A stretch of 64,000 nucleotides of DNA from Burkholderiales bacterium (GTDB lineage: Bacteria; Pseudomonadota; Gammaproteobacteria; Burkholderiales; SG8-39): positions 157-64,156 of the forward strand of contig JBBQVP010000003.1 in assembly GCA_038211455.1 (NCBI GenBank), given 5' to 3'. Shown here in pieces: positions 7,854 to 16,560 of this stretch. The notes below the pieces were generated by a model. That model was not told the DNA's origin. It made no database searches and saw only the letters and a program-made list of their open reading frames with translations. Positions within the stretch are counted from its first letter, which is position 1. The number at the start of each line of letters is the position of its first letter. The position numbers and the translations under genes are program-made.

Positions 7854-9840
7854 CACTAAGTCGCTGCTCCCAATCGTCCGCCCGGTGTATCCGGAGCAGG
7901 CAGACGCGCCCCCGGACAACTGGCTCGACGAAATTGGAGAGCGGTTTGTTGGGGCGATGACGCGCTCTGTGAGCGCGTGGCGAATCGGTCGGATCGATAT
8001 TGTCGCGTCGGTACGCACGCATGAAAAGCTGTTGGTCGGACTTGATCAGGACGCTCTCAGGGAGCGTGCACGCGATCTGGGAAAGTTGCTCCGGCGCGAC
8101 GGGTTTCGCCCGGATCTAGTCGCGCAAACGTTCGCCGTGATTTCTTCGCTCGCCGAATTGACGCTCCGCATGCGTCCCTTCGATGTCCAACTGCGCGGTG
8201 GCTGGATACTCGTGAACGGCATGGTTGCCGAAATGGAGACTGGCGAAGGAAAGACGCTCACTGCAACATTGCCTGCTTGCACTGCGGCTCTCGCGGGCGT
8301 GCCGGTACACGTGATCACCGTCAACGATTACCTGGTGACGCGTGATTCGGAGCTGATGACGCCTCTTTACGAGGCGCTGGGGCTTAGCGTCGGCGCCGTA
8401 ACTGAAACGCAGAACCCGGAGCAGCGGAAGCAGGCGTACACGCGAAACATCACCTATGGAACCAACAAGGTGATTGTATTCGATTATTTACGCGATCGAA
8501 TTACCCTGGCCTCTCAGAACAGCTCGATCAGATTACGAATGGAAAGTCTGGCCGGCCGAGGGTCACGGGTCCATCGCTTGCTCCTCAGGGGATTGTGTTT
8601 TGCGATCGTTGACGAGGCGGACAGCGTACTAATCGATGAAGCGCGAACGCCCCTGATCATTTCCGCGCCATCCGAGTCCGGTGATGAGGAGCTCGTCGCA
8701 CGGCAGGGAATCGAAATTGCGGAAACGCTAATCCGGAACGAGGACTATGCGATCCTCGGTAGCGAGAGGACGGCGGTACTTACGCAAGAGGGTCGCCGCC
8801 ACCTGGATGAAATCTGCGAGAAATACGGAGGCGTCTGGGCCGGGTTGATGCGCCGCGAGGAGCTCGTTACACAGGCATTGGTCGCGTTGTACATCTTTTC
8901 CCGTGACGATCACTATCTCGTTCGAGACGGCAAGATCCAGATCATCGATGAGTATACGGGAAGGGTGATGGCCGACCGCTCTTGGGAGCGCGGGATGCAT
9001 CAACTGATCGAGGTGAAGGAGGGGTGTGAAGTGACTGCGCAGAAGGAGCCGCTGGCGCGTATTAGTTACCAGCGTTTTTTTCGGCGCTACCTCCATCTTT
9101 CCGGAATGACCGGAACCGCGAAGGAAGTCGCTTCGGAGCTGGGCGCGGTTTACGGACTGTCTGTAGTTCGCATTCCGACGAATCGGCCGAGCAAGCGAAA
9201 GGTACTGCCCGAACGGGTTTTTGTAACCGAAGCCGAAAAGTGGGCATCGATTTCCGATCGTGTTCGAGAGATACACGCGCTTGGTCGTCCCATACTTCTT
9301 GGAACTCGTTCGGTCGCAGAGTCAGAACTGGCGAGCAACGTGCTAAACGATTTGCGGGTGGAGCATCAGGTTTTAAACGCAAAACAGGACGGAGAAGAGG
9401 CCGCAATCATTGCGTTGGCCGGAAAACGTGGCCAGATTACTGTTGCAACTAACATGGCCGGGCGTGGGACTGACATCAAACTGGATGAAGGTGTCGCCGA
9501 CGTCGGGGGCCTGCACGTGATCCTTTCGGAACGCCACGATTCCAAGCGAATAGACAGGCAGCTCGCCGGCCGCTGTGCGCGGCAGGGTGATCCGGGATAT
9601 TTTGAGTCGATTCTTTCAGTCGAAGGTTCGCTGAAATCTCTCGCAGGGGATTCTTTCCGGGCATTTTTTGGCCGATTGATATCTGGTTTTGGGCCCGGAT
9701 GGGTCGCTATACTTGGATCCTTTGTGATTCGGCAGGCGCAGAAGCGAGCAGAGCGTGCCCATACAAGGACACGCAAGGCGCTTCTCAAGCTGGACCAACA
9801 AATGGCGAAGGCGCTGTCGTTCTCGGGCCGAAATGAATGA
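7846..9840 (+). CDS. SecA-like DEAD-motor ATPase, truncated after the start of the helical scaffold (664 aa)
   Basis: Walker A METGEGKT, VITVNDYLVTRD, VDEADSVLIDEARTPLIIS, a PPXD-like insert, ATNMAGRGTDIKL, GRCARQGDPG, then IRQAQKRAERAHTRTRKALLKLDQQ and stop. ATG 7846 overlaps the upstream stop (ATGTTTGA). The track start at 7624 lies inside the upstream gene. Confidence 0.85.
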   Translation: MFDTKSLLPIVRPVYPEQADAPPDNWLDEIGERFVGAMTRSVSAWRIGRIDIVASVRTHEKLLVGLDQDALRERARDLGKLLRRDGFRPDLVAQTFAVISSLAELTLRMRPFDVQLRGGWILVNGMVAEMETGEGKTLTATLPACTAALAGVPVHVITVNDYLVTRDSELMTPLYEALGLSVGAVTETQNPEQRKQAYTRNITYGTNKVIVFDYLRDRITLASQNSSIRLRMESLAGRGSRVHRLLLRGLCFAIVDEADSVLIDEARTPLIISAPSESGDEELVARQGIEIAETLIRNEDYAILGSERTAVLTQEGRRHLDEICEKYGGVWAGLMRREELVTQALVALYIFSRDDHYLVRDGKIQIIDEYTGRVMADRSWERGMHQLIEVKEGCEVTAQKEPLARISYQRFFRRYLHLSGMTGTAKEVASELGAVYGLSVVRIPTNRPSKRKVLPERVFVTEAEKWASISDRVREIHALGRPILLGTRSVAESELASNVLNDLRVEHQVLNAKQDGEEAAIIALAGKRGQITVATNMAGRGTDIKLDEGVADVGGLHVILSERHDSKRIDRQLAGRCARQGDPGYFESILSVEGSLKSLAGDSFRAFFGRLISGFGPGWVAILGSFVIRQAQKRAERAHTRTRKALLKLDQQMAKALSFSGRNE

Positions 9841-9877
9841 TCGCCACCTTGTATCGCAGCACAATTTGGAAGAACGC

Positions 9878-10696
9878 ATGAAATACCTTGTCTGGGTGTT
9901 AACGCTCGTAGCTGCACTGGGCGCCCATTTTCAGGCGCACGCGCAGAACCCTGTGCGGCAAGGCGACGCTATCTCTGAGCCGCGCAGAGTATTGCGGGCA
10001 CCGCTCCCGAGCGCTTCCGAGGCTAAGTCGTCGCGAAACGCTTGGGACTGTCTGCTGGAGCCCCACTTGGTGGTAAGCGTGGGGAGCCCGATCGATGGGG
10101 TAATTCAGGAGGTGTTGGTTGATCGCGGCGACGAGGTGCGCAAAGGCCAGGTCGTGGCACGACTGCAGTCGGGTGTGGAGTCGGCGGCCGTGGAACTGAC
10201 CAAGGCACATATTGAGTTCGGGAAACGGAAGGTAGAACGCAACGAGGTGCTGTATCAAAAGCAGCTGATTTCCGCGCAGGACAAGGACGATATGGAGACC
10301 GAAGTTCGCCTGCGGGAACAGGAACTGAAGCGAGACCTCGAAAATTTGAAACTTCGCACTATTGTCAGTCCGCTGGACGGAATAGTCGTAGAACGACGTC
10401 TCACGAAAGGTGATCTGGTCCGGGCCGACAGGTCGGTGGTGCTGCGACTTGCGAAGATCGATCCGCTGAATGTGGAGGTCATCGCGCCCAGCGAATCCTA
10501 CGGGGCAGCGCGCATCGGGATGTCCGGCACCGTCAGCCTGCAGCCACTGCTCCCCGGTTCCTACAAAGCTACGGTTGTCACGGTCGACAAACTCATCGAT
10601 GCGGCGAGCGGGACCTTCGGGATTCGGCTGCAAATGCCGAATCCCGGAAACAAGATTCCCGCTGGGCTGAAATGTAGTGTCCGGCTGAATAAATAA
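9878..10696 (+). CDS. HlyD/efflux-type periplasmic adaptor (membrane fusion protein) with Sec signal peptide
   Basis: Internal ATG 9878 gives MKYLVWVLTLVAALGAHFQAHA-QNP (signal peptide). Lipoyl-like motifs (SPIDGVIQEVLVDRGDEVRKGQVVARL; SPLDGIVVER) and a short coiled coil. Confidence 0.8.
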   Translation: MKYLVWVLTLVAALGAHFQAHAQNPVRQGDAISEPRRVLRAPLPSASEAKSSRNAWDCLLEPHLVVSVGSPIDGVIQEVLVDRGDEVRKGQVVARLQSGVESAAVELTKAHIEFGKRKVERNEVLYQKQLISAQDKDDMETEVRLREQELKRDLENLKLRTIVSPLDGIVVERRLTKGDLVRADRSVVLRLAKIDPLNVEVIAPSESYGAARIGMSGTVSLQPLLPGSYKATVVTVDKLIDAASGTFGIRLQMPNPGNKIPAGLKCSVRLNK

Positions 10697-10755
10697 GCCG
10701 TCGCTGGTCGCGGTCGGGGCCGCTGGCTCGCAAGCAGGGGCCTTTGGTGAGCCTC

Positions 10756-10797
10756 TTGACCGGCGTCAATGAGGCGCGCGACTCGAGCGACCATAGT
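10756..10797 (+). promoter_or_regulatory. Crp/Fnr-type box TTGAC-CGGC-GTCAA plus -10-like CATAGT upstream of fhs
   Basis: Perfect palindromic half-sites at 10756-10769. The hexamer CATAGT (10792-10797) is centred 32 bp downstream of the box centre, which is class II (-41.5) geometry. The fhs ATG is at 10835. Confidence 0.55.
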
Positions 10798-10834
10798 GCT
10801 CCCCACTGATAAAAATCCAAGCAGGGGACCTTCC

Positions 10835-12505
10835 ATGCCTTCCGATATCGATATCGCACAAAAAGCCACGCTGCAGCGCATCGCAAAAGTTGCCCAGGAC
10901 AAACTCGGGATTGCCGAGGAACACCTGGAACCGTATGGCCATACGAAGGCGAAAGTTTCGTTCGAGTACCTGGAGACGCTGAAGGGCCGCAAGGACGGCA
11001 AGCTGATCCTGGTCACTGCGATCAGCCCCACCCCGGCGGGCGAAGGCAAGACCACGACCACCGTGGGCCTGGGCGACGCGCTTAACTACATCGGCAAGAA
11101 GGCCGTGATCTGCCTGCGCGAGCCCTCGCTCGGGCCGGTGTTCGGCGTGAAGGGCGGGGCGGCGGGCGGCGGCTACGCGCAGGTGGTCCCGATGGAGGAT
11201 ATCAACCTGCATTTCACCGGTGATTTCGGCGCGATCCAGCTGGCCAACAACCTGCTCGCTGCGCTGATTGACAACCATATCAGCCATGGCAACGAACTGG
11301 GTATCGATGTCCGCCGGATCCAGTGGAAGCGGGTCCTGGACATGAACGACCGCGCGCTGCGAGACATCGTGGTGGCGCTGGGCGGGACGGCCAACGGCTA
11401 TCCTCGCGAGGACGGCTTCGAAATCGTCGTCGCCTCCGAGGTCTTGGCTATCTTCTGCCTCGCGACATCGATCGAGGATCTTAAGAAGCGACTCGGCAAC
11501 ATCGTCATCGGATATACGCGTGACCAGAAGCCGGTTTGCGCGCGCGACCTGAGCGCCCATGGCGCGATGACCGTCCTGCTGAAGGACGCGCTCAAGCCCA
11601 ACTTGGTGCAGACTCTGGAGAACAACCCCGCGTTCATCCACGGCGGCCCGTTCGCGAATATCGCCCACGGCTGCAATTCGGTGATCGCGACGCAGGCGGC
11701 GCTCAAGCTCGCCGACTACGTGGTTACGGAGGCCGGTTTTGGCGCAGACCTTGGCGCGGAGAAGTTCGTCGACATCAAGTGCCGGAAGTCCGGATTGCGG
11801 CCATCGGCGGCTGTCATCGTGGCCACCGTGCGCGCCATGAAGTACCACGGCGGCGCTGACCTGAAGACCATCACCACCGAGAACGTGGATGCGCTTGCCA
11901 AGGGCATCGTGAACCTCGAGCGGCACGTCGAGAACGTGCAGAAGCACTACGGCATCCCATGCGTCGTGTCGATCAACAAGTTCGACGCTGACACCAAGGC
12001 CGAACTCGACCTCCTGTACGAGCGCATGAAAAAGCTGGGCGTGCCAGTCGTGCTGGCATCGCACTGGGCTGAGGGCGGCAAGGGTGCGGCCGAACTGGCA
12101 AACATGGTCGTCGAACTGTGCGAGCAGAAATCAAACTTCCAGTTCGTGTACGAAGAGCAGGACACGCTCTGGGAAAAGGTCAACAAGATCGCGAAGAAGA
12201 TCTACCGCGCTTCCGAGGTCACGGCGGACACCAAGGTCCGCAACCAGATCAAGAAGTTGCAGGAGGACGGGTACGGCCACTACCCCGTCTGCGTGGCCAA
12301 GACCCAGTCCTCGTTCTCCACGGACGCCTCGCTGCGCGGCGCGCCCGTCGACCACGTGGTCAATGTGCGCGAAGTCCGCCTCGCGGCTGGTGCGGAGTTC
12401 GTCGTAATGGTCTGCGGCGACATCATGACGATGCCCGGCCTGCCCAAGGTGCCCTCGGCCAACAAGATCGACTTCGTGGACGGAAAGGTCGTCGGCCTGT
12501 TCTGA
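10835..12505 (+). CDS. fhs: Formate--tetrahydrofolate ligase
   Basis: [16 protein letters not shown]... N-terminus, P-loop [15 protein letters not shown], and full-length (~556 aa) collinear resemblance to Fhs. The start was moved from the track's 10769 to ATG 10835. Confidence 0.95.
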   Translation: MPSDIDIAQKATLQRIAKVAQDKLGIAEEHLEPYGHTKAKVSFEYLETLKGRKDGKLILVTAISPTPAGEGKTTTTVGLGDALNYIGKKAVICLREPSLGPVFGVKGGAAGGGYAQVVPMEDINLHFTGDFGAIQLANNLLAALIDNHISHGNELGIDVRRIQWKRVLDMNDRALRDIVVALGGTANGYPREDGFEIVVASEVLAIFCLATSIEDLKKRLGNIVIGYTRDQKPVCARDLSAHGAMTVLLKDALKPNLVQTLENNPAFIHGGPFANIAHGCNSVIATQAALKLADYVVTEAGFGADLGAEKFVDIKCRKSGLRPSAAVIVATVRAMKYHGGADLKTITTENVDALAKGIVNLERHVENVQKHYGIPCVVSINKFDADTKAELDLLYERMKKLGVPVVLASHWAEGGKGAAELANMVVELCEQKSNFQFVYEEQDTLWEKVNKIAKKIYRASEVTADTKVRNQIKKLQEDGYGHYPVCVAKTQSSFSTDASLRGAPVDHVVNVREVRLAAGAEFVVMVCGDIMTMPGLPKVPSANKIDFVDGKVVGLF

Positions 12506-12548
12506 CACCCGGTAAAATTCGCGCACCTCGAAGCGGGAGTTTGCACAG

Positions 12549-13295
12549 ATGCTCGAAATGCTCGGCTCGTACGATTTCTGGCTGGGACTGGCCAAGATCA
12601 TTGGCGTTAACATCGTGCTTTCCGGTGACAACGCGGTCGTGATCGCGCTTGCGGCGCGGTCGCTGCCGGCACGCCAGCAGAAGCTGGCGATATTCTGGGG
12701 TTCGGGGGCGGCGATCGTGATGCGGATCGTGCTCACGCTGTTCGCCGTGCAGCTCCTGGGGCTGCCCTGGCTGAAGCTTGTCGGCAGCCTGCTCCTCTTC
12801 TGGATCGGGGTGAAGCTGCTGGTCGAGGACGACGGTGGCGACGACATCGAGTCCAGCGATAACCTGATTGCCGCGATCAAGACGATCCTGATCGCCGATC
12901 TGGTGATGAGCCTCGACAATGTCATCGCGGTGGCCGCGGCTGCGGCAGGAAACATGACCCTGCTGGTCCTCGGGCTCGCGATTTCCATCCCGATGGTGAT
13001 CTTCGGTGCGACGCTGCTGCTCAAGCTCATGGAGCGCTTCCCGGTGATCATCACCGTCGGCGCCGCGCTGATCGGCATGGTGGCGGGGGAAATGCTGGTT
13101 ACAGACATCGCGCTGAAAGACTGGCAGAGCGCTGCCGGAATCGCGTTCGATGCAGCCGGAAAGCCGCATATCGGCGGGTTATCGCTGGAACTGCTTGCGG
13201 GGGCGCTGGGCGCGGCTTTCGTCGTGGCTTACGGCACCTGGCTTGCGAGGCGGGCTGAGGCAGGGCGGGCGGTAGGGGATGCCGGCAAAGGATGA
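12549..13295 (+). CDS. TerC/YjbE-family integral membrane protein
   Basis: Duplicated LSGDNAVVIALAA / MSLDNVIAVAAAA motifs typical of the TerC family, in a multi-TM protein. Lies 43 nt downstream of fhs. Confidence 0.8.
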   Translation: MLEMLGSYDFWLGLAKIIGVNIVLSGDNAVVIALAARSLPARQQKLAIFWGSGAAIVMRIVLTLFAVQLLGLPWLKLVGSLLLFWIGVKLLVEDDGGDDIESSDNLIAAIKTILIADLVMSLDNVIAVAAAAAGNMTLLVLGLAISIPMVIFGATLLLKLMERFPVIITVGAALIGMVAGEMLVTDIALKDWQSAAGIAFDAAGKPHIGGLSLELLAGALGAAFVVAYGTWLARRAEAGRAVGDAGKG

Positions 13296-13315
13296 ACTAC
13301 GCAATGCGGTTTTTG

Positions 13316-13357
13316 TTGATAGCAATCAAGTGAGATACTCGGGAGCGTAAGCACAAT
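13316..13357 (+). promoter_or_regulatory. Fnr/Crp-consensus box TTGAT-AGCA-ATCAA plus -10-like CACAAT upstream of tctC
   Basis: Perfect 14-bp palindrome at 13316-13329. CACAAT (13352-13357) is centred exactly 32 bp downstream of the box centre. Confidence 0.55.
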
Positions 13358-13406
13358 TCGGGGAACGATCAACGCGGCAGGACCACACACAGACGGTTCG
13401 CCGCAC

Positions 13407-13437
13407 GACGCGTACGGACAGCTCAGGACGCGTACGG
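13407..13437 (+). repeat. 11-nt direct repeat GACGCGTACGG x2 in the tctC leader
   Basis: Copies at 13407-13417 and 13427-13437, a 20-nt period. They lie between the predicted promoter and the strong RBS AAAGGAGG. Confidence 0.6.
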
Positions 13438-13465
13438 GGCAGTTTCATAAAAAGGAGGCAGGAAA

Positions 13466-14485
13466 ATGACACAGAAATTCAGCAAAGGGCTGTGCGCCGG
13501 GCTTGCGGCGGTCGCCATGGCGGGATTGCCGCTCGCCAGCTACGCAGCATGGGAGCCAACCAAGACGGTGGAGTTCATCGTGCCGGCAGGTACTGGCGGC
13601 GGCGCCGACCAGATGGCGCGCGTAATCCAGTCAATCATCGCCAAGCACGGACTGGTCAAGACCTCGATGGTTGTCGTCAACAAGGGCGGGGGTGCGGGGT
13701 CCGAGGGGTTTCTGGATGTCAAGGGTGCCGCTGGCGACCCGCACAAGATCATCATCACGCTCTCGAATCTATTCACGACGCCGCTCGCGCAAGGCACGCC
13801 GTTCAACTGGCGTGACCTGACTCCGGTGCAGATGATGGCGCTGGACCAGTTCGTTCTGTGGGTGAATGCCTCAAAGCCCTACAAGACGTCCAAAGAGTAC
13901 ATCGACGCCGTCAAGAAGGCGGGACCGAACAAATTCAAGATGGCGGGAACAGGCGCCAAGCAGGAAGACCAGATCATCACCGCCGCAATCGAGCAGGCGA
14001 CCGGCACGAAATTCATTTATATCCCGTTCCGCGGCGGCGGCGACGTCGCCGTGCAGCTGGTCGGCAACCACGTTGATTCGACAGTCAACAATCCGATCGA
14101 AGCCGTGGCGCAGTGGCGAGCCGGCAAGCTCAGGGCGCTGTGCGTTTTCGACCCCAAGCGCATGCCGTACAAGACTAAGGTCAGCGAAACAATGGCCTGG
14201 TCCGACATCCCGACCTGCAAGGAACAGGGCCTTGACGTCGATTACCTCATGTTGCGCGGGATCTTCATGGCCGGTGGCGTCACGCCCGAGCAGGTGCAGT
14301 ACTACGTCGATGTATTGAAGAAAGTGCGCGAGACGCCGGAATGGAAGGACTTCATGGAGAAGGGCGCGTTCAACCAGACCGCTCTTTCCGGGAAAGACTT
14401 TGCTGATTGGGTGGCAAAAGAGGAGGCGCGCCACATCGGCCTCATGAAGAAGGCAGGATTCATGGCCGCACCTGCAGCAAAATAA
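13466..14485 (+). CDS. tctC: Tripartite tricarboxylate transporter substrate-binding protein (Bug/TctC family)
   Basis: Signal peptide (GLAAVAMAGLPLASYA), about 320-aa mature protein with Bug-family pattern (VPAGTGGGADQMAR...VVNKGGGAG), followed by tctB/tctA-like genes. Confidence 0.85.
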   Translation: MTQKFSKGLCAGLAAVAMAGLPLASYAAWEPTKTVEFIVPAGTGGGADQMARVIQSIIAKHGLVKTSMVVVNKGGGAGSEGFLDVKGAAGDPHKIIITLSNLFTTPLAQGTPFNWRDLTPVQMMALDQFVLWVNASKPYKTSKEYIDAVKKAGPNKFKMAGTGAKQEDQIITAAIEQATGTKFIYIPFRGGGDVAVQLVGNHVDSTVNNPIEAVAQWRAGKLRALCVFDPKRMPYKTKVSETMAWSDIPTCKEQGLDVDYLMLRGIFMAGGVTPEQVQYYVDVLKKVRETPEWKDFMEKGAFNQTALSGKDFADWVAKEEARHIGLMKKAGFMAAPAAK

Positions 14486-14494
14486 CGGCGAAGA

Positions 14495-14518
14495 GCCGCC
14501 GCGCTTTTGCGCGGCGGC
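14495..14518 (+). other. Perfect GC-rich intercistronic hairpin between tctC and tctB
   Basis: GCCGCCGCGC-TTTT-GCGCGGCGGC: 10-bp perfect stem with a 4-nt loop and no downstream U-tract. Confidence 0.6.
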
Positions 14519-14531
14519 GCAGGGACGAGGC

Positions 14532-15038
14532 ATGAAACAAAAAACCAACAGCAACGCCTCCATCGGCACCAAGGGCGTGGAGATCGGCGTTGCGCTGATC
14601 GTCCTCGCGCTTGGCGCCCTGGTAATCTACGACAGCGCGCGGCTGGGAGCGAAGTGGGCCGACGACGGCCCACAGGCGGGCTACTTTCCCTTCTATATCG
14701 GCGTGATGCTTTGCGTCGCGAGCGCCGTGAATCTGGTGCGGGCACTGTTGTTGAAACCCGCAAAAGCGTCTGTTTTTGTCGAGTACGGGCAACTCAAGCT
14801 CGTGATGAAAGTACTGATCCCGACGGCGGTGTATGCGGGCGTGATTTCAACGCTGGGCCTGTACCTTGCATCCACCGTGTTCATTGCCTTCTTCATGCGC
14901 TGGCTAGGAAGATATCCGTGGTGGAAAGTTGCGCTTGTCAGCATTGGAAACAGCGTGTTTTTCTTCCTCGTCTTCGAGATGTGGTTCCGAATCCCGTTGC
15001 CCAAGGGACCGCTCGAAGCGGCTCTGGGTCTCAACTAA
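14532..15038 (+). CDS. tctB: Tripartite tricarboxylate transporter small membrane subunit (TctB family)
   Basis: 168-aa, four-TM hydrophobic protein positioned between tctC-like and tctA-like genes. Confidence 0.75.
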   Translation: MKQKTNSNASIGTKGVEIGVALIVLALGALVIYDSARLGAKWADDGPQAGYFPFYIGVMLCVASAVNLVRALLLKPAKASVFVEYGQLKLVMKVLIPTAVYAGVISTLGLYLASTVFIAFFMRWLGRYPWWKVALVSIGNSVFFFLVFEMWFRIPLPKGPLEAALGLN

Positions 15039-15050
15039 GGGTTGACTGGG

Positions 15051-16559
15051 ATGGATGAGATCAACTCGCTGATGCAGGGATTTGCGATTGCCCTGACGTT
15101 CAAGAACCTCGTGCTTATGTTCGCAGGCGTAATCCTCGGGGTAATCATCGGCGTGCTGCCGGGTCTGGGTGGCGCAAACGGGGTGGCAATCCTTCTGCCG
15201 CTCACGTTTTCGATGGCACAGTCCCCGGGAGGGACCACGTCGGCGATCATTCTTCTGTCGTGCATCTACTGGGGCGCGCTGTTCGGCGGGGCGATCACCT
15301 CGATACTGTTCAACATCCCCGGAGAGCCGTGGTCGGTCGCGACCACCTTCGACGGGTATCCTCTTGCCCAGAAGGGCCGGGCCGGCGAAGCGCTCACGGC
15401 CGCGTTTACGTCCTCCTTCGTCGGCGCGCTGGTCGCCGTGGTCATGATTACGTTCCTGTCGCCGATGGTCGCCAAGTTCGCACTCGAGTTCGGGCCGGCG
15501 GAGTTCTTTGCGGTCTACCTGCTCACCTTCTGCGCTTTCGTGGGCATGAGCAAAGAGGCGCCGTTCAAGACTATCGTGTCCATGATGCTCGGCTTCGCTC
15601 TGGCGGCAGTCGGAACCGACCCCGTCACCGGCGCGCTTCGGCTGACCTTCGGCCAGACGGAACTGCTCAGCGGGTTCGACTTCCTCGTAGCCGTGATCGG
15701 CTTGTTCGGTATAGGCGAAATCCTGCTTACGCTGGAGGAAGGCCTGGAGTTCCGCGGGACGAAGGCAAAAATGAACATGCGCGTGGTGATAGAAACGTGG
15801 AGGGAACTGCCGAAGTACTGGCTGACCTCGCTGCGCTCCTCCGCGGTAGGTTGCTTCATGGGGATCGTTCCCGGCGGCGCGACACCTGCTTCGTTCATGA
15901 GCTACGGGGTCGCTCGGCGGTTTTCCAAGGACGGCGATAAATTCGGCACGGGAATGGTCGAAGGTGTCGTGGCCCCGGAGACGGCCGCGCACGCTGCTGG
16001 AACCGCGGCGCTCCTGCCCATGCTCACTCTCGGCGTGCCCGGGTCGCCGACGGCGGCTGTACTGCTTGGCGGGCTGCTCATCTGGGGACTGCAGCCAGGC
16101 CCTTTGCTGTTCGTCGAGCAGAAGGATTTCGTCTGGGGCCTCATCGCGAGCATGTATCTGGGCAATATCGCGGGGCTGATCGTGGTGCTGACCTGCGTGC
16201 CGCTGTTTGCGGCGATCCTGCGCATACCCTTTGCGATCGTTGCGCCAGTGATCATGGTGATCTGTGCCATCGGTGCGTTCACGGTGCATAACGCGATATT
16301 CGACGTGTGGATGATGATCCTGTTCGGGATCGTGGGTTACGTTTTCAAAAAGCTCGACTATCCGCTTGCGCCGCTGGTGCTGGCGATCGTGCTGGGCGAT
16401 CGCGCCGAGGCGTCTTTCCGCCAGGCAATGTTGTTCTCTCAGGGGGACGTGTCGATATTCTTTTCCAACGCTCTAGTGGGTGGCCTGACGGGCCTCGCGC
16501 TGTTCCTGTTGTGCTGGCCGATTCTGGGCGCTGTGCGCGCCAGACTGCGCGGCAGGTAA
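15051..16559 (+). CDS. tctA: Tripartite tricarboxylate transporter permease (TctA family)
   Basis: About 500-aa polytopic membrane protein with TctA-like motifs (GVLPGLGGANGVAILLP; VPGGATPASFMSY; GVPGSPTAAVLLGGL). ATG 15051 preferred over TTG 15042. Confidence 0.9.
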   Translation: MDEINSLMQGFAIALTFKNLVLMFAGVILGVIIGVLPGLGGANGVAILLPLTFSMAQSPGGTTSAIILLSCIYWGALFGGAITSILFNIPGEPWSVATTFDGYPLAQKGRAGEALTAAFTSSFVGALVAVVMITFLSPMVAKFALEFGPAEFFAVYLLTFCAFVGMSKEAPFKTIVSMMLGFALAAVGTDPVTGALRLTFGQTELLSGFDFLVAVIGLFGIGEILLTLEEGLEFRGTKAKMNMRVVIETWRELPKYWLTSLRSSAVGCFMGIVPGGATPASFMSYGVARRFSKDGDKFGTGMVEGVVAPETAAHAAGTAALLPMLTLGVPGSPTAAVLLGGLLIWGLQPGPLLFVEQKDFVWGLIASMYLGNIAGLIVVLTCVPLFAAILRIPFAIVAPVIMVICAIGAFTVHNAIFDVWMMILFGIVGYVFKKLDYPLAPLVLAIVLGDRAEASFRQAMLFSQGDVSIFFSNALVGGLTGLALFLLCWPILGAVRARLRGR

Positions 16560-16560
16560 G

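Noticed and set aside
10766-12064. Long antisense ORF (432 aa) opposite fhs. Similar long shadows occur at 14904-16289, 18130-19218, 18903-20450, 28439-29959, 30029-31039, 45862-47169 and 49771-51096.
   Set aside because: Each lies entirely opposite a gene with strong family motifs. Their translations are Arg/Gly/His-rich low-information sequence, as is typical of GC-rich antisense frames. No motifs were recognised.
12506-12548. Possible yybP-ykoY (Mn) riboswitch upstream of the TerC-family gene
   Set aside because: The spacer after fhs is only 43 nt, far too short for that riboswitch. The gene is probably co-transcribed with fhs.
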